Positions 36,396-50,385 of a stretch of 64,000 nt of DNA are shown in pieces. Positions within the stretch are counted from its first letter, which is position 1. Each line of letters opens with the position of its first letter. Origin of the DNA: Marsupella aquatica (lineage: Eukaryota > Plantae > Marchantiophyta); NCBI GenBank assembly GCA_973895155.1, contig OZ316894.1:12874828-12938827 (forward strand). Direction: 5' to 3'. The notes under the pieces are model-generated. The model saw only the letters and a program-made list of their open reading frames with translations, had not been told where the DNA came from and made no database searches. Position numbers and translations under genes: made by a program.

Positions 36396-39300
36396 ATGGA
36401 GCAGGGGGTGTTAGGGTCAGCGCCAGTCCTCGATGGAAACAAGAGGAAAAGAGCTGATGCTAAGGCAGCATACATCTCTAGCATGATGCAGGGCAACCCG
36501 AAGCTGCTACTCTCCGAGTCGCCATTGTTCGAAGGGTTAACGCAGCATCAACTCCCATTTTGTGTTTCATTGTTAGGAACGCCTCCGGACGCACAGTATC
36601 AAGCCCGCATTTCTCTGCGCCTTCAGGTATGACATCTTCAGCAGTCACTCTTAGCAATGGATTTCTTCATTCGGTGCCGTGGTTGGGAAGTTGGACATTT
36701 TCGAAGAATATTGACTAGGAACTCTGTAGCATGCCTTTTCTTCCCACTACTATGATACGACGAATATCAGAGGACCAGTCGTTCCTCTGAGACCAGAGCG
36801 ATGCTTTTTACCTTTTTCTGTCGTAGTGTTCGCTGGAGATGTTTCGACTAAACATCAAAAACTGAGTACAAATCAGGAAATTACTCTAATCCTCGAGGAC
36901 TTGGCTTCGCACCATCTTATTGCAGATTGCATATTGATTCTTGTTGAGGTTTGTTACATTCTTGGCACGTCCTTGAAATATGATCAATGTGCACCTTAAC
37001 CATCAAGAGTATTCGTGCTGTTTCTGCGGCATCATTATGAGAGTCAGTCGTCAACTTCACATGTCGTCTCGTTGGGTCCTTGGGAATGAAAGCTCAGTGA
37101 ATAATCACTTAGGATCCTTTTGATATGATGAGTTGGGCCACTTGCAGGATGCCCATGTCCCTAGCATTGACGTTCCTCGTGTATTGGTCCATGGAGGATC
37201 GTAGAGTTTCGGGTGGTTTATTTTCCTTGGTGACACCAACGGTTGGTGCTCAGCTTAACGTTGGGAGCCAAAGTTTTACACAAAGTTTTAGCACAAAGTC
37301 AAGGATTTCCTTTCGCATCGATATCGAAGCTGAGGTCCTGAATCGGTCAACTGGCGGACGTGTGTACCATGTTGAGCCGATTTGGTGGGGTTACTAGCAT
37401 CGGTTGGTTTCATCGTAAATGTTACAGATAAATCAACAGAGGAAATGACGCACTTGCTCTTTGACACTGGTTTTACTAAGTTTCTCGAGTGTTAACTCTA
37501 CTTGCTTGCATTCCGCTACTGTGATGAGGTGTTCCCACATCCTACACTGAGCGGACGCTGGCTTTCCTACCTCTCATTCTCGTCTGGGGATGCATGGACT
37601 TGAAAATAATTTCTATTGAAATTTGACCTTGAATAAGTGGCTTTCGCAGATGTGTGATTATTTCTCTTTCGCTTTCTTACGGCTAGTTTTTCTTTCGCAC
37701 TTCTCTCTCCTTCATTTTCCCTTGATTCTGGCTCAGAAGTCTGTTACCCCGGCACTTCTGTGTTCTTGAAATGTGATGTCACATGGCAATGAGACTTGAG
37801 CTTGCTGGATCCAGGATAATTCAGAAACATGGGGCGTAGGTGTTGCTCGGACGAAGAAGGAGTCTGAGAGGGTTGCCGCTGTGGATGCTTGCAGGATATT
37901 ACACGTATGTGTTTCAAAGGCAATATCAAGTTGACATGGAACAATTTTGATTTCCTGGTAGATGGATTCCCCTTGAGTGTAGCCGTCATACTTTGAAAAC
38001 TTCTCATCCCGTCTAAAATTGCGTTTGGATATATCTCTCCATTGTCCAAGCTTCTGATGGACTAACCGTGTAGCTAACAGGAGAATGGACTTCTTCTGGG
38101 TGTCAACAAGAATGGCGGAAGCAGTTCTGGGTGGGGAGACAATCCGAAGAACACCCTTGTCACGAGTGTAGCATTTCGTGACGTATGCTGTGGAGGAAAT
38201 GCACGAGCCCTGCCCATCACTGTGCGATCCTCTGGCCCGGATCATGCGAAGGTGCATATCATTGTATTTACTTAAAAAAATGTTCTCTCCGATGGCCTCA
38301 CCGCGGTCAGCGTCGTGAATTTACCCACCTGTTTAGTGCTGTTGGCAACTTTCAATAAACTTCTTGCGGACCAACTCTAACAAACTTGCCGCAATCTATT
38401 TGTAGAAGATATGTGTACAGGACAGCATACCCCTTATTTTCCCCACACCTTAGTAGGCTTCTTGTTTGGTTATCTCTAGAAATGTCAGGTGCGACTTGTT
38501 TGAGGGACAATTACCACCAATGGCCACAAGACCCAGCTGTAGCTTTCTGTATCGATAGATACGATGTGCAGTCAAGAAATGTTTGTCGCAATGGCAGGTC
38601 TTTGTTGCTGAGTTGACTGTTCCCCTGCGATCTCGTCATGAGGTGTTTGTGGCAGTCGGGCAGGGCCGCAACAAGTCTGAAGCAGAGAGAGCTTGTTGCA
38701 CAGCAGCCTGTGAGAAACTTCACCAAGAGGGCCTCTTGAGTAAGCCTATTTCCCAGAATCCTTCCTCAGCTGTTCCAGTATTGAAGCCCGGCCCAACAAA
38801 AGCTGTACAATTTCAACAGGTTAGCCTTCTTCCATGCTTATCAGTTTGTTCTCCGAACAGATTTAATGGGTATATCGATGATTGCTATTAATGACCGTAT
38901 TTTCCCAATAGCGCCTCTGGATTTGCGGATTGAATGCCACATAACTACACGATCGATATCCGTAAGGTTTTTTGTTACTTTATTTGGACTAAGACTTTCA
39001 CATGGAAGGATTAATACACTTGATTGGGAATGGTTGGACTGTAACCTGATTCTACAAGTCAGACGATAACTTGTGAGATTGCTGATTTTAGTAGCTCGTC
39101 GTTTTCCCCAACAGTGAAGAATTTAAATAAACGAAAGAAGGTCATGTCTTCAAACACGCGCTGGATCCACTGCAGGTGCCTGCGATATTCCTGGTAATAG
39201 GAGCACTTAATGGGGAAATAGGGTGAAGCTATATTGCCATCGCTTGAGGCTTGTCAATTGTTGATAGGTGAACCATTGATAGAAGATTGATTTGTTTGAC

Positions 39301-42300
39301 GATTTGATGATTTTCGTCTGAAATTGATGTCGTTCTAGGGGTACTTGTCCAGTCTCTAATGTTCGATACACTTTCTGAAGCCAAGTTACATGGTTGTGGG
39401 TTTCCTTGTAGCAAAACGAGCAACCGGCAATTGTGGGATTAAGAGATGAGGAGCTTGCAATGATGGAAGATGCCCTGCAGCGTCTACATTCTGAGTTGCA
39501 AAACTCAGTTCCTCTGATGTGGCATTCAGAAGGTGTAGCATCTTGCATAGGTCACGGAGCCGAAGCCGACCAACAGCATTATGACATTGATTTGAAGTTG
39601 AGTTCTATCAGCCGAGAGCAATTAGCAACCGAAAACGCTATGATGCGATTAGAAGCAAGGAAGAGGACTTCCTCTTCAGAGTTCTCAGAGCAAAGGCGTT
39701 CTCGGCAAAAATTACCATCTTGGATGGAAAGACAGAAAATTGTGGAGTCAATAGCCCAAAATCGTGTCATTGTCTTGACGGGGGAAACTGGATGCGGAAA
39801 GACCACTCAGGTATTGTATTTGTGTTACGTACCCAGTTTAAATCATTAAAAAATGTGCTCGTTGCTCATGTGTCACCTATGTTATAATGGTCTTGTGCTT
39901 GCATTGTAGCAAAGGCTTGTGATTTTCTTTGCAAGAATGTAATTTGTGCCAATGAAAGCGCCTTTCTTCTGTGATGGGAATCGTAGAAAATTGTCATCCG
40001 TCATATGACAGTGCTTCTAATCATCAATTCAGAGATTCCCCACTTTCTACGGCCCTCAAAGTTGTGCAATGAAGCTCATTTCACCATTTCTGATCGCGAT
40101 TTGTCTGCGAAACTATTGTTTGCTTCTTTCCATAGATCATACTTGAGAGGAGCTGGTATAGCCAAGCTCATTATCCTCTTCAGGAGTCCTTTTCGATTGT
40201 AAAACATTTGGATTTAGACGTAAATTCCATGCAGGTGCCTCAGTTTGTCTTGGAGGATGCAGAAATGAGGGGTGTTGGTTCTGATGTCCATATTGTTGTG
40301 ACACAACCAAGGAGAATAGCGGCTATAAGGTAGAGCATCTATTTGTTTCTATTGTTTTACTCTCAAGGTTACACAATATGAAGTTCAGGCCCCGAAACCT
40401 GGTAGCTGTGCCTTATTGGGCCGTCTTTTCCCTGGACTTCGAATGAGCAACGGAGTGTTTTTAGGATTGAAGACTGGATAAACTTTCGATACTGCTGCTG
40501 CCCTAGCGCTCAGCATTACTTATTTAATGTATCACATTGTACTCAGGTAGTGTGTTATAGGGCTGTACTGGGGGGTTTGGTTTCGATGTTTTTGATTTCA
40601 AATTGAAAATATCTTAGTGTTGCATCAGTTGGTTATTTCGCAGTTCAAGGCTCGAACTCATGTTCTAGTCTTTTTCTCACTCTGATCTTAGTGTCTATTT
40701 GCACTCTAAACTTGTTTGCGTTCCTGTCGAGATGGATATCATGGCAATTCTGTTGTTCGTATAAAAATGAGCAGACGCTAAAAAAATGGGAATCCAAAAT
40801 GGAGTAAATACTTGGCACCTCGGGGGCTCGTTCAGATCAACTGTTGAGCACGTTCTTAAGGATTGGTTTGTCCAACTCAGCCTGTTCTGTGGTGAATTGT
40901 AGTGTTGCTGAGCGTGTAGCTTGGGAAAGAGGCGAGGCTGTTGGAAAGAGTGTTGGTTATGTCATCAGACTGGACAATGCACCTCCCAGGGCTCACGGAA
41001 GCATTCTTTACTGTACGACGGGTATATTGCTTCGCAGATTGCAGGTCTGGTACTCATACTGTCAATTTGTCTGTGAACTATATGTTTCAAAGGTTTTCTA
41101 AGTTATGGGAGTCTATTGATTATGAAATCGATGTCAAAGTTGGCTGGGGATATCTGGGTTAAAATTACCAAATGGAGTTAAAGGCTGAGTTTGTCCAATC
41201 TCATACCAACTCTTGGTTATAAAAGCAGTAGTCATGTATCTGGAGGAAGTAGAATAGATGAACAGCGAGGATATTTGAACGAACCATTTGATTGGCTAAC
41301 AGGTCGGCATCTGAGCTTTAAACGTGTTCTCAAGTCCGGTTGGTGGTTCGTAAGATTTTCGGAAGCCAGAACTAGCTGTCGTTTCTCCTCGTAGTGTCCT
41401 AGATTGCTGTCCTTCTAGATTGCCTTGTAGGATTGTCCTGTCATAACAACGCTGGTAGCATTTTAGGGACGCCGGCATGCGAAATCAAACAAGATCTCAT
41501 ATCTTCTGAGCTTGCAATTTCTTCAAATGAATGGATTAGATCATCCCAATGTGACCTAGATAGAAAAAAAACCAGATCTCTGATGAAAACAGAGCTGTTT
41601 TGGCCATGCTATTTATCCTAATCCTAACGAAAGAGACTTTTTGCAAGGTAAGTGTTTAACCAGGTTAAGGTCAAAAGTTGTATGGGCTAGTGCGATGCTA
41701 TATAACCAGGTTTTAGCATGCTGATGATGCTGTTTCAATTTTTGGCCCAGAAGTTGCTTGCTTTGGGATTTGACTTCTGGGCTTGTTCTGATTTCTCTCT
41801 CAGGAAAGCTGCAGTAGTTTTCTGGTCTCTTCAGAGCTTTGTGGGATTTTTTCCTGTTTGAGTTTGGCAACACTGCACGCGAGTACTCGTCAACTCTCGT
41901 ACATACGTTTTTTAGTATGTACGAGAGTTGACGGGACCAAGCCTCTGTACTCATCCGGTTTGTCTCTCGTGGCGAATATCAGTTCTTCATTGTCTTAAGT
42001 AGCCGAGTTGTGTTATTCTTGAGCCAATGCTGCCTTCTTGGTGATATAATTAAACAATGACCGAAACCCTTTATTACTTTGTCTGTAGTGACGAAGCCCA
42101 TCCAGCCTGTTTCTTATCGTCTTAACTGTTATCCTTGAGCCAGTGCTGATTCACTTAGAGCTATCTTACACGTCAGTGTCGTAAACTTGAGTCCTTCCGT
42201 ACCTCCTGGTATTGCTCCCCTGTCTGGCAACATACCTGGAAATACCTGGAAATGATTCTCTTAGTGTCCCTAATACACCTCCTTCCCGTCCTTTGTTCAC

Positions 42301-45300
42301 TGATCCTCCTGGTGTTTATGCTAAGGACATGGTGAAGAGAAAGACAATCATTTAACACGGTAGCAAATTAAGATCACTCTTCTAAGGCCCATCTATATGC
42401 AAGACGGCTCTTAGTGACCTGTGTGAAATGGTAACCGGGTCCGCTTGAGGCTGCAGGCCCACACGGCGCCTTCCTGATGTTTCCTGAGGGGATTTAGAGC
42501 TCTTCAAATCTGCTTGTGCTCTGACCCGTTAGTTCATTGACGCTCCTGAAATTGAGCTCCTTCCATGGAGTAGTGCTTTCCATCGTACTACTGATCAGAA
42601 GGGGGCCCCTTGGATACTTGTGCGTTTCACTCTGTAATTTTGTATTTGCATGGTCGTGTTCAGTTTACAACGTATCGTAGGGCCTCAGTAGATTAGGAGG
42701 TCCTTAAGTTGCAGGTCTGGGGGTATGAGCAGTATCTGGATAGTAGCAGCAAATTTTTAGGTCCCATGAAAGGGAAATGGAGAAACATAGAAGTGGGAAA
42801 ACTAGCCAACTGCGATAGAAGGGAAGATAATGCAACAAAAGGGTGTAATTCACAGCATAACAGTTTGGGGGTCTTCCTAGACAACCTTTATGATTAATGC
42901 CGTTTCAGTCTAGAAGGTGTGAACCCAACAGAAGAGTCTTTTAATGAGAGTTCTCTATTTCGACGTGCTTATCTTGAAACAGGCATGGTTGTCCGTTTAA
43001 GATGTCTTGGATTTGATCTCCCTGTAGCACGTGCTCCTGTTAGAATCAGTATTTGAGGTCAATTCTTTCATTTGCGTTTCTCCTGCAAAACTTTCTACAG
43101 CATCTCGACTTATGCTACAACTGACACATCTCAGATCAACACCTACAGGAGTTCAGGGCTAATCAATCACTTCCGAAGGCAAAGTTTTGCGTCCATGAAC
43201 TACCTATTTCGGGAACTCCTGGTAGCCTGCAATCCTACGTTGACCTACCTAGAAGCTGCTAGCTCCTTAAAGTGTTAGAGTTAAGTACTGAACCTTTGTG
43301 GCAATTTGTCTTATTTGGGAATCATCCAAATTCAGCTGTTACGATAGCACTATGTTGGGAGGAGTACTCAAAACAGAGAGGGAAAGTCTTTGCAAGAAGA
43401 CATCCTGCTAGAGGCATCCTTTCTGATGCAAGTTTTCCCCTTTAAAGGTAAGAGCTATTACCATAATCTGCCTGGAATTATGCAACTTGCAATATGATGT
43501 GGGGACACATCTCAAAGATACGTCAGAGCACCGGGTATGAAGAATACTTGCTCTTGCATGGAGCACCTTCTTTATGACCGCTGGCGGCAAAGTCAGATTT
43601 AGACTGATAGACAGGCAGTACATATTAAATTTGGCATATTTTGGGAAGAAGACGATACAAGGGAGGACTTCCGACACACCCGCCTGAGAGTGCATCAGAC
43701 ACTACGAAGAGCAGAAGAACAGCAAGGTCCCCTTTGATGGCATCTGATTTGTAAAACTGGACAAATCATAATTTGTCAAAAGGAGGTATTCCTCTCTACT
43801 TGTCTGCTGACATAATACTCCGCTCGCGTTGAAATGGAGCTGAGGTTCTCTCACACGCAAAGCTGCATCCAAAAGCACACATTCAAGCAAGACTCTGAAA
43901 CTGGGGCCGCCCCACCAGTTTTGTGTTAGTCTTAGTCCTAGTCTTAGCCCTTGGCTTAGCTTTGGGTTCAAAAGGCAATGTTGGAATCTCACCTGTAATA
44001 CGTTTTAATGTTGGCCTCTTGCCCTTCGGGTTGCGACGCCCCAGGTTTCGTCATCAGACTTTCACCCCACATCCTTCTCGGATTAATTTGGACTCTTCCA
44101 CTGGGCCCTGCGGCTCTTGAGAGATTTCTTTCACACCTCCGGGCCCCACAACGGGCTCCACTGCCATGGCTTTTCAATTCTTGCTAATTTTCGATAAATC
44201 TCAAGAGGAGCCTTTTTCTTGTCCCCTAATCGTGTTTGGAATTGATTCTATACTAGATAAAGCAAGTTTTTTCTTGTCTGGTGTGTTTGGAGTCGAGTCC
44301 ATACTCACCTGCTCTCATGCTTTCATTGTTACAGCCTGGTTGCAACCTTCCGTTATTTTCCAACCAAATTTGTGCTTGCTCTGATGCATTCACTGCCAAG
44401 TCACAACAGAGTCGCAAACTTTGGGTAGTACTCGCTCTCATGGGTTCACTACCTAGTCACAACCTGGTTGCAACCGTTCTCAGGTTCACCAACCAAAGTT
44501 TTTCAAATCTTAACGTAGAAGGTTGGACAGCCTAGGGAGCCAACAGAAGTCGTCGGTGAGTGATTGTGTCGATTACGTCTTCAACTAGCCAACCCTTTTG
44601 CTTTCCTATCTATGCTTTGGCGCTTTTGAGGATATTTATTTAGATGGTTGTTGAACTGATGCTGGTTTGGTTGACGAGTGTGCTTCAGACGACGTACCAT
44701 TCTTGAAAATCGGGATGATGGAAGGTTTGTAGCATGCTCCAACTGAAGTTTGTACCCAAAATCTCACGCTAGAGTGTTGGTCTAGGCAATACCTGGGTTC
44801 CAAAGACGGGTCCAGGTTCAGCTGGTGTAGGGCACCAGTCCAGGACCGGCTTCCACTGCTGCAATCTTCCATGGTCCACATTTGGAGATGGTTGGAACCT
44901 ACCATGGTCCATATTTGGAGGTCCGTTGGAGTCTAGTCTATACCATTATTATCAGGCTGGCTAGGGGATTGTCCTTTATGCGAGTAAGCTTTACATAGTG
45001 ATTTTTGGTCTCGGGCAGATCTACTATCAAAGCTGGGTGTGAGGTCAAATACCTCTTTTGGAACCCACAAAATGCACCAATCTAGCATTAGCTACTACAA
45101 GTCCTGCTTTTGCAGACTGATTGGCCCTTGACTGATCAATTGTGCAAGTCTTGTTCCATTTGGCATCTCAAAGTTGGTGCTATCAACTTTATTGACAACT
45201 CAGAAAGATCGCATGAACATATATTAAAGTACCATCTCAAATTTCTACCCCCCATTTCCCAAGATTTTTGCAGCTAAATTCATAAAGTAGTCCATGCCAA

Positions 45301-48300
45301 CCCTACTAGGCCAGATAGACAATCTTGTGTTTTGCAGTCTATCTCAGTTCAAAGACAGAGAATATTCATTGCTTGAATGATCACCGGGTCCCAATGTGTA
45401 CAGAATGAGATTGGAGATAAGGGAGACCTTGATTAGCTCAGGTAGATAGGCAATGTCATCACTGTAATCTGATAGATTTTAAGCACTGCGACTTGTTTAC
45501 TTTTGTAAAGTATGTCATGATCCAGAGCCACTCCAGTGGATGCCCTCACTCCGCCATCCACCTCGTCATACCCGAGTGGCTCATCCAGAATAAAGAGCTC
45601 TCAGACCATCTTTGAGCATTGTCGTATCCAAAGCCGTCCAGACCACATCGATTAGAAATTTTGGGCTAAACATAAGTTCGACCGCTGCTAGAAATGGAGT
45701 TTTGGTTAATGATGGAGGACCGGTGTGTTGATCTACACCAAACTCGATGGAAAAATACAATGACAAGTGAAAGAAAGGATGGCAGGGGTTTAGGGTTTAG
45801 GGTTTAGAATTCGATGTAGACAATGTCCAAAGCCCCACAGTGGCAATCGACTCCACACTCCAGAAAAGCAGATAGAGATCATACAACAGCACCGTCAATC
45901 TCGTCGACAGCGTCAACCGTTGCACATTCTCAGAAATTGGAGCCCAGGTGAGAACCTCAGAAAAAATGAGCCAACGTGACCCAAGGAGGGCACTGATGAG
46001 ATCACAGATGTCGCCGCCAAGGTCTGACACTATACTTCCTGATTTTAATCAGCTTGGATCACAGAGGAGAAATATGGATATGGTAGAGAACCGATGAATC
46101 CATGTCATCCGTAAGCTGATTCTGTTCAAGAAAATGGAGAGCCTTTTACCATCTACGGTAGAAATATCTCACCTTGCACTAGAGCATCACATGGCCGAGG
46201 CAAAGGGCAAATGCTGGTAACCTTAGTTGAGCAGATTTTACATCTCCATGGACAATTTCCCAAGGTTGTCATTTTGAGAACCACAAACTTTGGCTTTTCA
46301 AATCATTTCTCAATTCTCACTGGCAAAACCATAAGGAAAATATTGAAGCAAGGCTAAACAGGCGAACTGACTTTGGAAGTCCCCAAACATCGGCTACAAG
46401 CCGACTTCTACGAAGTACTGTCACTTACACATAAACGATTCTAGTCTCTTGATCTCTCTGCCAAAACTGCCTATGGATTGTGACGTTGCTTTCAACTTTG
46501 AAAGCTTCTGTACAATCCGGGTCCCATGGTCCATGTGGGTCCCGTCGGACTGTAAAACATTTCATTCATTCACCCTCTCTAGATTGACTTGATGGAATTC
46601 AAACTGCTGCTGTCCGTACTCTTGTAAAAAGAGTCTAGTGGTTACATTCCTATCAAGTACATTTTTCTCCACCAATGTCTCGCTGGACTGTTGAATCCTC
46701 TCTCTCAAGCTGTGCATCGGTAGATGGAGTCCTCTACCCCAGGCCGGGGGCTCTAATTTTACCGTGTGCACAGATAAGGGTGTGCTCTTTGTGTCCCACC
46801 TTGTGCTGGTTGGTTCGAAGAGAGCGCACGTCATCTCCTCACCCCTAACAAGGTTGATTGCTTAAATTGAGAAAGGGGATAAATGGATGTTGCCGTCAGG
46901 TGCTTGACCTTAAATACCAGTCATGCATTCCTTTATATCGATAGGCATAGCTCTGTCCCACCAACAATCGTGTAGATTTTATAAGCCAAGTTAATAATTT
47001 TCTGGATGATTGATTTCTGTTTTAAGGGCTGAATTCAAAAAGTACATTTCAAATATGTTTGAGCCGATACAGACTGACGTATTAGAGATCATCTTCTGTT
47101 ACACCACTGAGACGTTCAGGAGATATCGTTAGGGAACCAAATGAAAAGAAAACATGTGGAACACAATGTAGCGATGGCCCATTTGGATGTAACCAAATAT
47201 CCTTAAAAAACGATTGTCACAGGAAACGAGTATGAAGTGTATGAAATAGCAACTCTTGGTGTGCTTTAAAGCAAGGCCTCGTCCTTGATTAAGAATGTTG
47301 TTGCGGATGACGCTCGTCTGCTTGCTGCATAGCGTGCCTCGTCATTAAACACTTCGATGAGAGGTCATTAACTCATGGGAGTGACTTTTGTCAATGGGCA
47401 GTCTTTTATGTTGAGAATTTGTGGATGCGGTGGGGTATGACAGAAAGCTGATGGAATGGCAGGAGTCAGCCATGTGATAGTTGATGAAGTTCATGAGCGT
47501 GACGTAGACACTGACTTCCTACTGGTGGTGATTCGTGAACTCCTTAGTCACCATCCCTCATTGCGAGTTGTAGTTATGAGTGCAAGCCTAGATGCTACTA
47601 TGTTCACAAGGTACGTGGGTCGTTTTTCAGTTAACTGAATACTGAGTAATGATGCTCTGATTCCCTACATTGCAAATTAATAATCACCTCCATTGGTGAT
47701 TATTTTGGCTGATCATATGCTCTTATGTTTCTGTTTTGAATGTCAAATGCTCGACTTTCAGGTATTTTGGAGGCTGCGCTTTGGTCAACATCCCAGGAAT
47801 GACACACCCTGTAGAAACTTTCTATCTGGAGGATCTTCCACAGCTCATGGGTCACCAGAGTATTCCTGCATCAAGGCTGGGGTTGGCACGATTTGGGATG
47901 TTGGATGAAGAAGATGTTGACTGTGAGCTTGTTGCATCTGTAGTTGCTTGGGTAGCCCAGTATTATGCACAAGGAGATGGGGCAATCCTTTGCTTCCTAC
48001 CGGTAAGCTCCAAAATGCGAATGCTACCCGGACCCATTAGGAAGTTATTGGTTTTTATTTCATTGGGAATCTTAAGAACCATTATGCAGCTTCTCGTGTA
48101 GATGAGTCAATTGGTGTGGATCTTGTTTGCGGCCTGCTAGGAATGTGAACAGGTCCTGATCCTGATCCTGTTCTTGTGCCGTGTAACTTCTTTGTCAGGG
48201 GTGGGACACAATTGCAATGGTGCGAGAGAGACTTCTGAAGATGCCCTGGAGCAGGGACCTGATGTTGGTTCCCCTGCACTCTCAGCTCCCAGCTGGGGAG

Positions 48301-50385
48301 CAACGTGCTGCTTTCGCTCAACCACCTATTGGTGTTCGCAAGGTGTATTTGACTTGGGGTTGCGTTCCCTTCTTTCTTGGTTTAGACGATTAAGTCATTG
48401 ATATTAACATGACTGTTGATTCTGTGGCAGGTTGTGCTGGCCACGAATATTGCAGAGACTAGTGTGACAATTGATGATGTAGTTTATGTCGTTGACTGTG
48501 GGAAAATCAAAGAGAAACAATTTGATGCATCACGGAATATGACTACAATGCGCGTCCAAGTATGCACTTTCAATTGCCGCAGTGATTTACTTCTAGGTTC
48601 AGGGCAGTTCTTTCTGCAATCTTGTGCAAAGGGTCTCAATACAATTAACTTTAAGAGGTTATGTTGATTTTACTCTGAGCATGTTAAACAATTGCAGTGG
48701 ACTTCACAAGCAAGTGCTCTGCAACGACAGGGTCGGGCAGGTCGTGTTCAACCCGGTTTTTGTTTTCGCCTCTACACTTGTGCCGTAAGTTGTTTCTATG
48801 AAGGTTTTCTGCATGTTTTGGATCAAATTTACATGAAAGCGTTCGAGCCGAATGTCCTGTCACTTTGTGATTTGTTCTACAGGTGACTTCTTTTCGTTCT
48901 TTGATAAGAAATCTCAATGCAGACACATCAAGCAATGCTGGAACATCAGATTCCGGAGATGCAGCGAGTGCCACTTGAGGAGCTTTGCCTGCAAATCAAA
49001 GCAATAGCAACACCGAGTTTGGTAATTATTCTTTCTCTTTCGTGCCATCTTTGTTAATGACAATCTAAATCTTTCGGAAAATGTTTTTGGGAATTTATTC
49101 ACCCGAAGTATCCTAAAGCTAGGATTGAGATGGACAATTGAATGGTAGGGAATGTACCTTTAGACTATTTTGATCGTTGCATTTACCTTACAATTGGCAC
49201 TCTCGGCATGGTGTGGAGCAGGTTACTAGTGCTGTTTCAGTGACAAGCTGTGATCTCTTGTATAAAACTAAGGATAAAGAATATAGGTATGTCAGTACAG
49301 GTATGAGTGACATTGCTACTTTCCTATCAAAAGCTATGCAGCCCCCCAAAGGTGCTGCAGTTCATGCTGCCATTAAAGTACTGCAACAACTAGGTGCCAT
49401 TGATGAACTCCAAAATTTGACGAATCTCGGCAAAACGCTGGCAAAGCTGACTGTTCATCCTCGGTTTGGAAAGATGTTGGTTTTTGGGGCACTGTTGGGT
49501 TGCCTAGACCCTTTGCTGACTATTGCAGCTGCTGCGTGCTTTCGGGATCCATTTGTTGCTCCTGTGGCAAGGAGAGAGGAAGCTGATAGAATTCGGGAGA
49601 GCTTCGCTGTGGGCCCTGCTTATGGAAGTGATCAACTTGTGGTAGTTGTGGCCTTCGAGCAATGGTTGGCAGCTCATTCGGTTGGGCAAGGATCCTCGTT
49701 TTGTGAAGCAAATTTTCTTGCTCCTATGACTATGAGGCTCATAGCAGGTATGCGGAAGCAGTTTGAGAGAACTTTGGCTGAAGCGGGTCTTTTTGAACCA
49801 TGGGTAACGATTACCAATGCTGCTGTGGGTGCACATGTGGCAAGATCACTGCTGACAGCTGGACTCTATCCTAATATTGCACGCTCGGAATTGTGCCGGG
49901 AGTCTAAAGGTACGAAGAATGGTACCAAACATGCTTACCGGTGGCGCTTGGGATTCCGAGTTCACAATGGGCGGGTTTTTATCCACCCCACGTCCGTTGT
50001 TTGTGAGAAACAGCTAAACCCAAACTTTCAGTACTATGTAGTCTTTCAAGAGAAAATGCAGACTAGTCAGGTTTTTGTGAGGGGATGTACTCTCCTTCCC
50101 ACCTTGGCAGTGGTCCTCTTAGGTTGGAACGTACATGTGTGCCAAGATACTGGGCCATCTGTATTGAATGGTGACTGGATACTTTTGGAGGTGGAAGGGT
50201 GGCTAAAGTTCCACATTGATAGGAGAGCTGGCCTACTGTTACTGCAGCTCCGGCATGCATTTGACGCAGTTTTGGCTCGTTGGGTAAGTGGTAGTACCCG
50301 TACAGAAGCAGAGCGTTGTGTTGTGGAATGCGTTGTGGCCCTACTACATGCAACTTGTCATGACATGCTTGTCGGCTCCATTTGA
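36396..50385 (+). CDS. DEAH/RHA-family RNA helicase with two N-terminal dsRNA-binding domains (DHX9/DHX30-like)
   Basis: Exons 36396-36626, 37815-37904, 38081-38251, 38598-38819, 39412-39810, 40235-40329, 40903-41044, 47444-47610, 47762-48002, 48199-48342, 48431-48559, 48698-48784, 48923-49021 and ~49222-50385. Motifs: [56 protein letters not shown]2 and OB-fold (FIHPTSV). dsRBD ends [14 protein letters not shown] and [13 protein letters not shown]. Confidence 0.9.
41200..46560 (-). mobile_element. Highly degraded L1-like LINE in the 6.4-kb helicase intron (41045-47443)
   Basis: Only faint minus-strand traces: AAGP near 44110 (cf. KAPGPDG), KGCL near 43415 (cf. RQGCPL), a KGG-like stretch near 42605 and a Cys/Trp-rich end near 41900, in L1 ORF2 order. 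Boundaries are approximate. Confidence 0.45.

Noticed and set aside
37733-38257. 174-aa minus-strand ORF
   Set aside because: Antisense shadow of helicase exons 2-3; no recognisable motif.
45786-45807. Interstitial telomere (TTTAGGG)n
   Set aside because: Only ~3 units inside a decayed element; too short to be meaningful.
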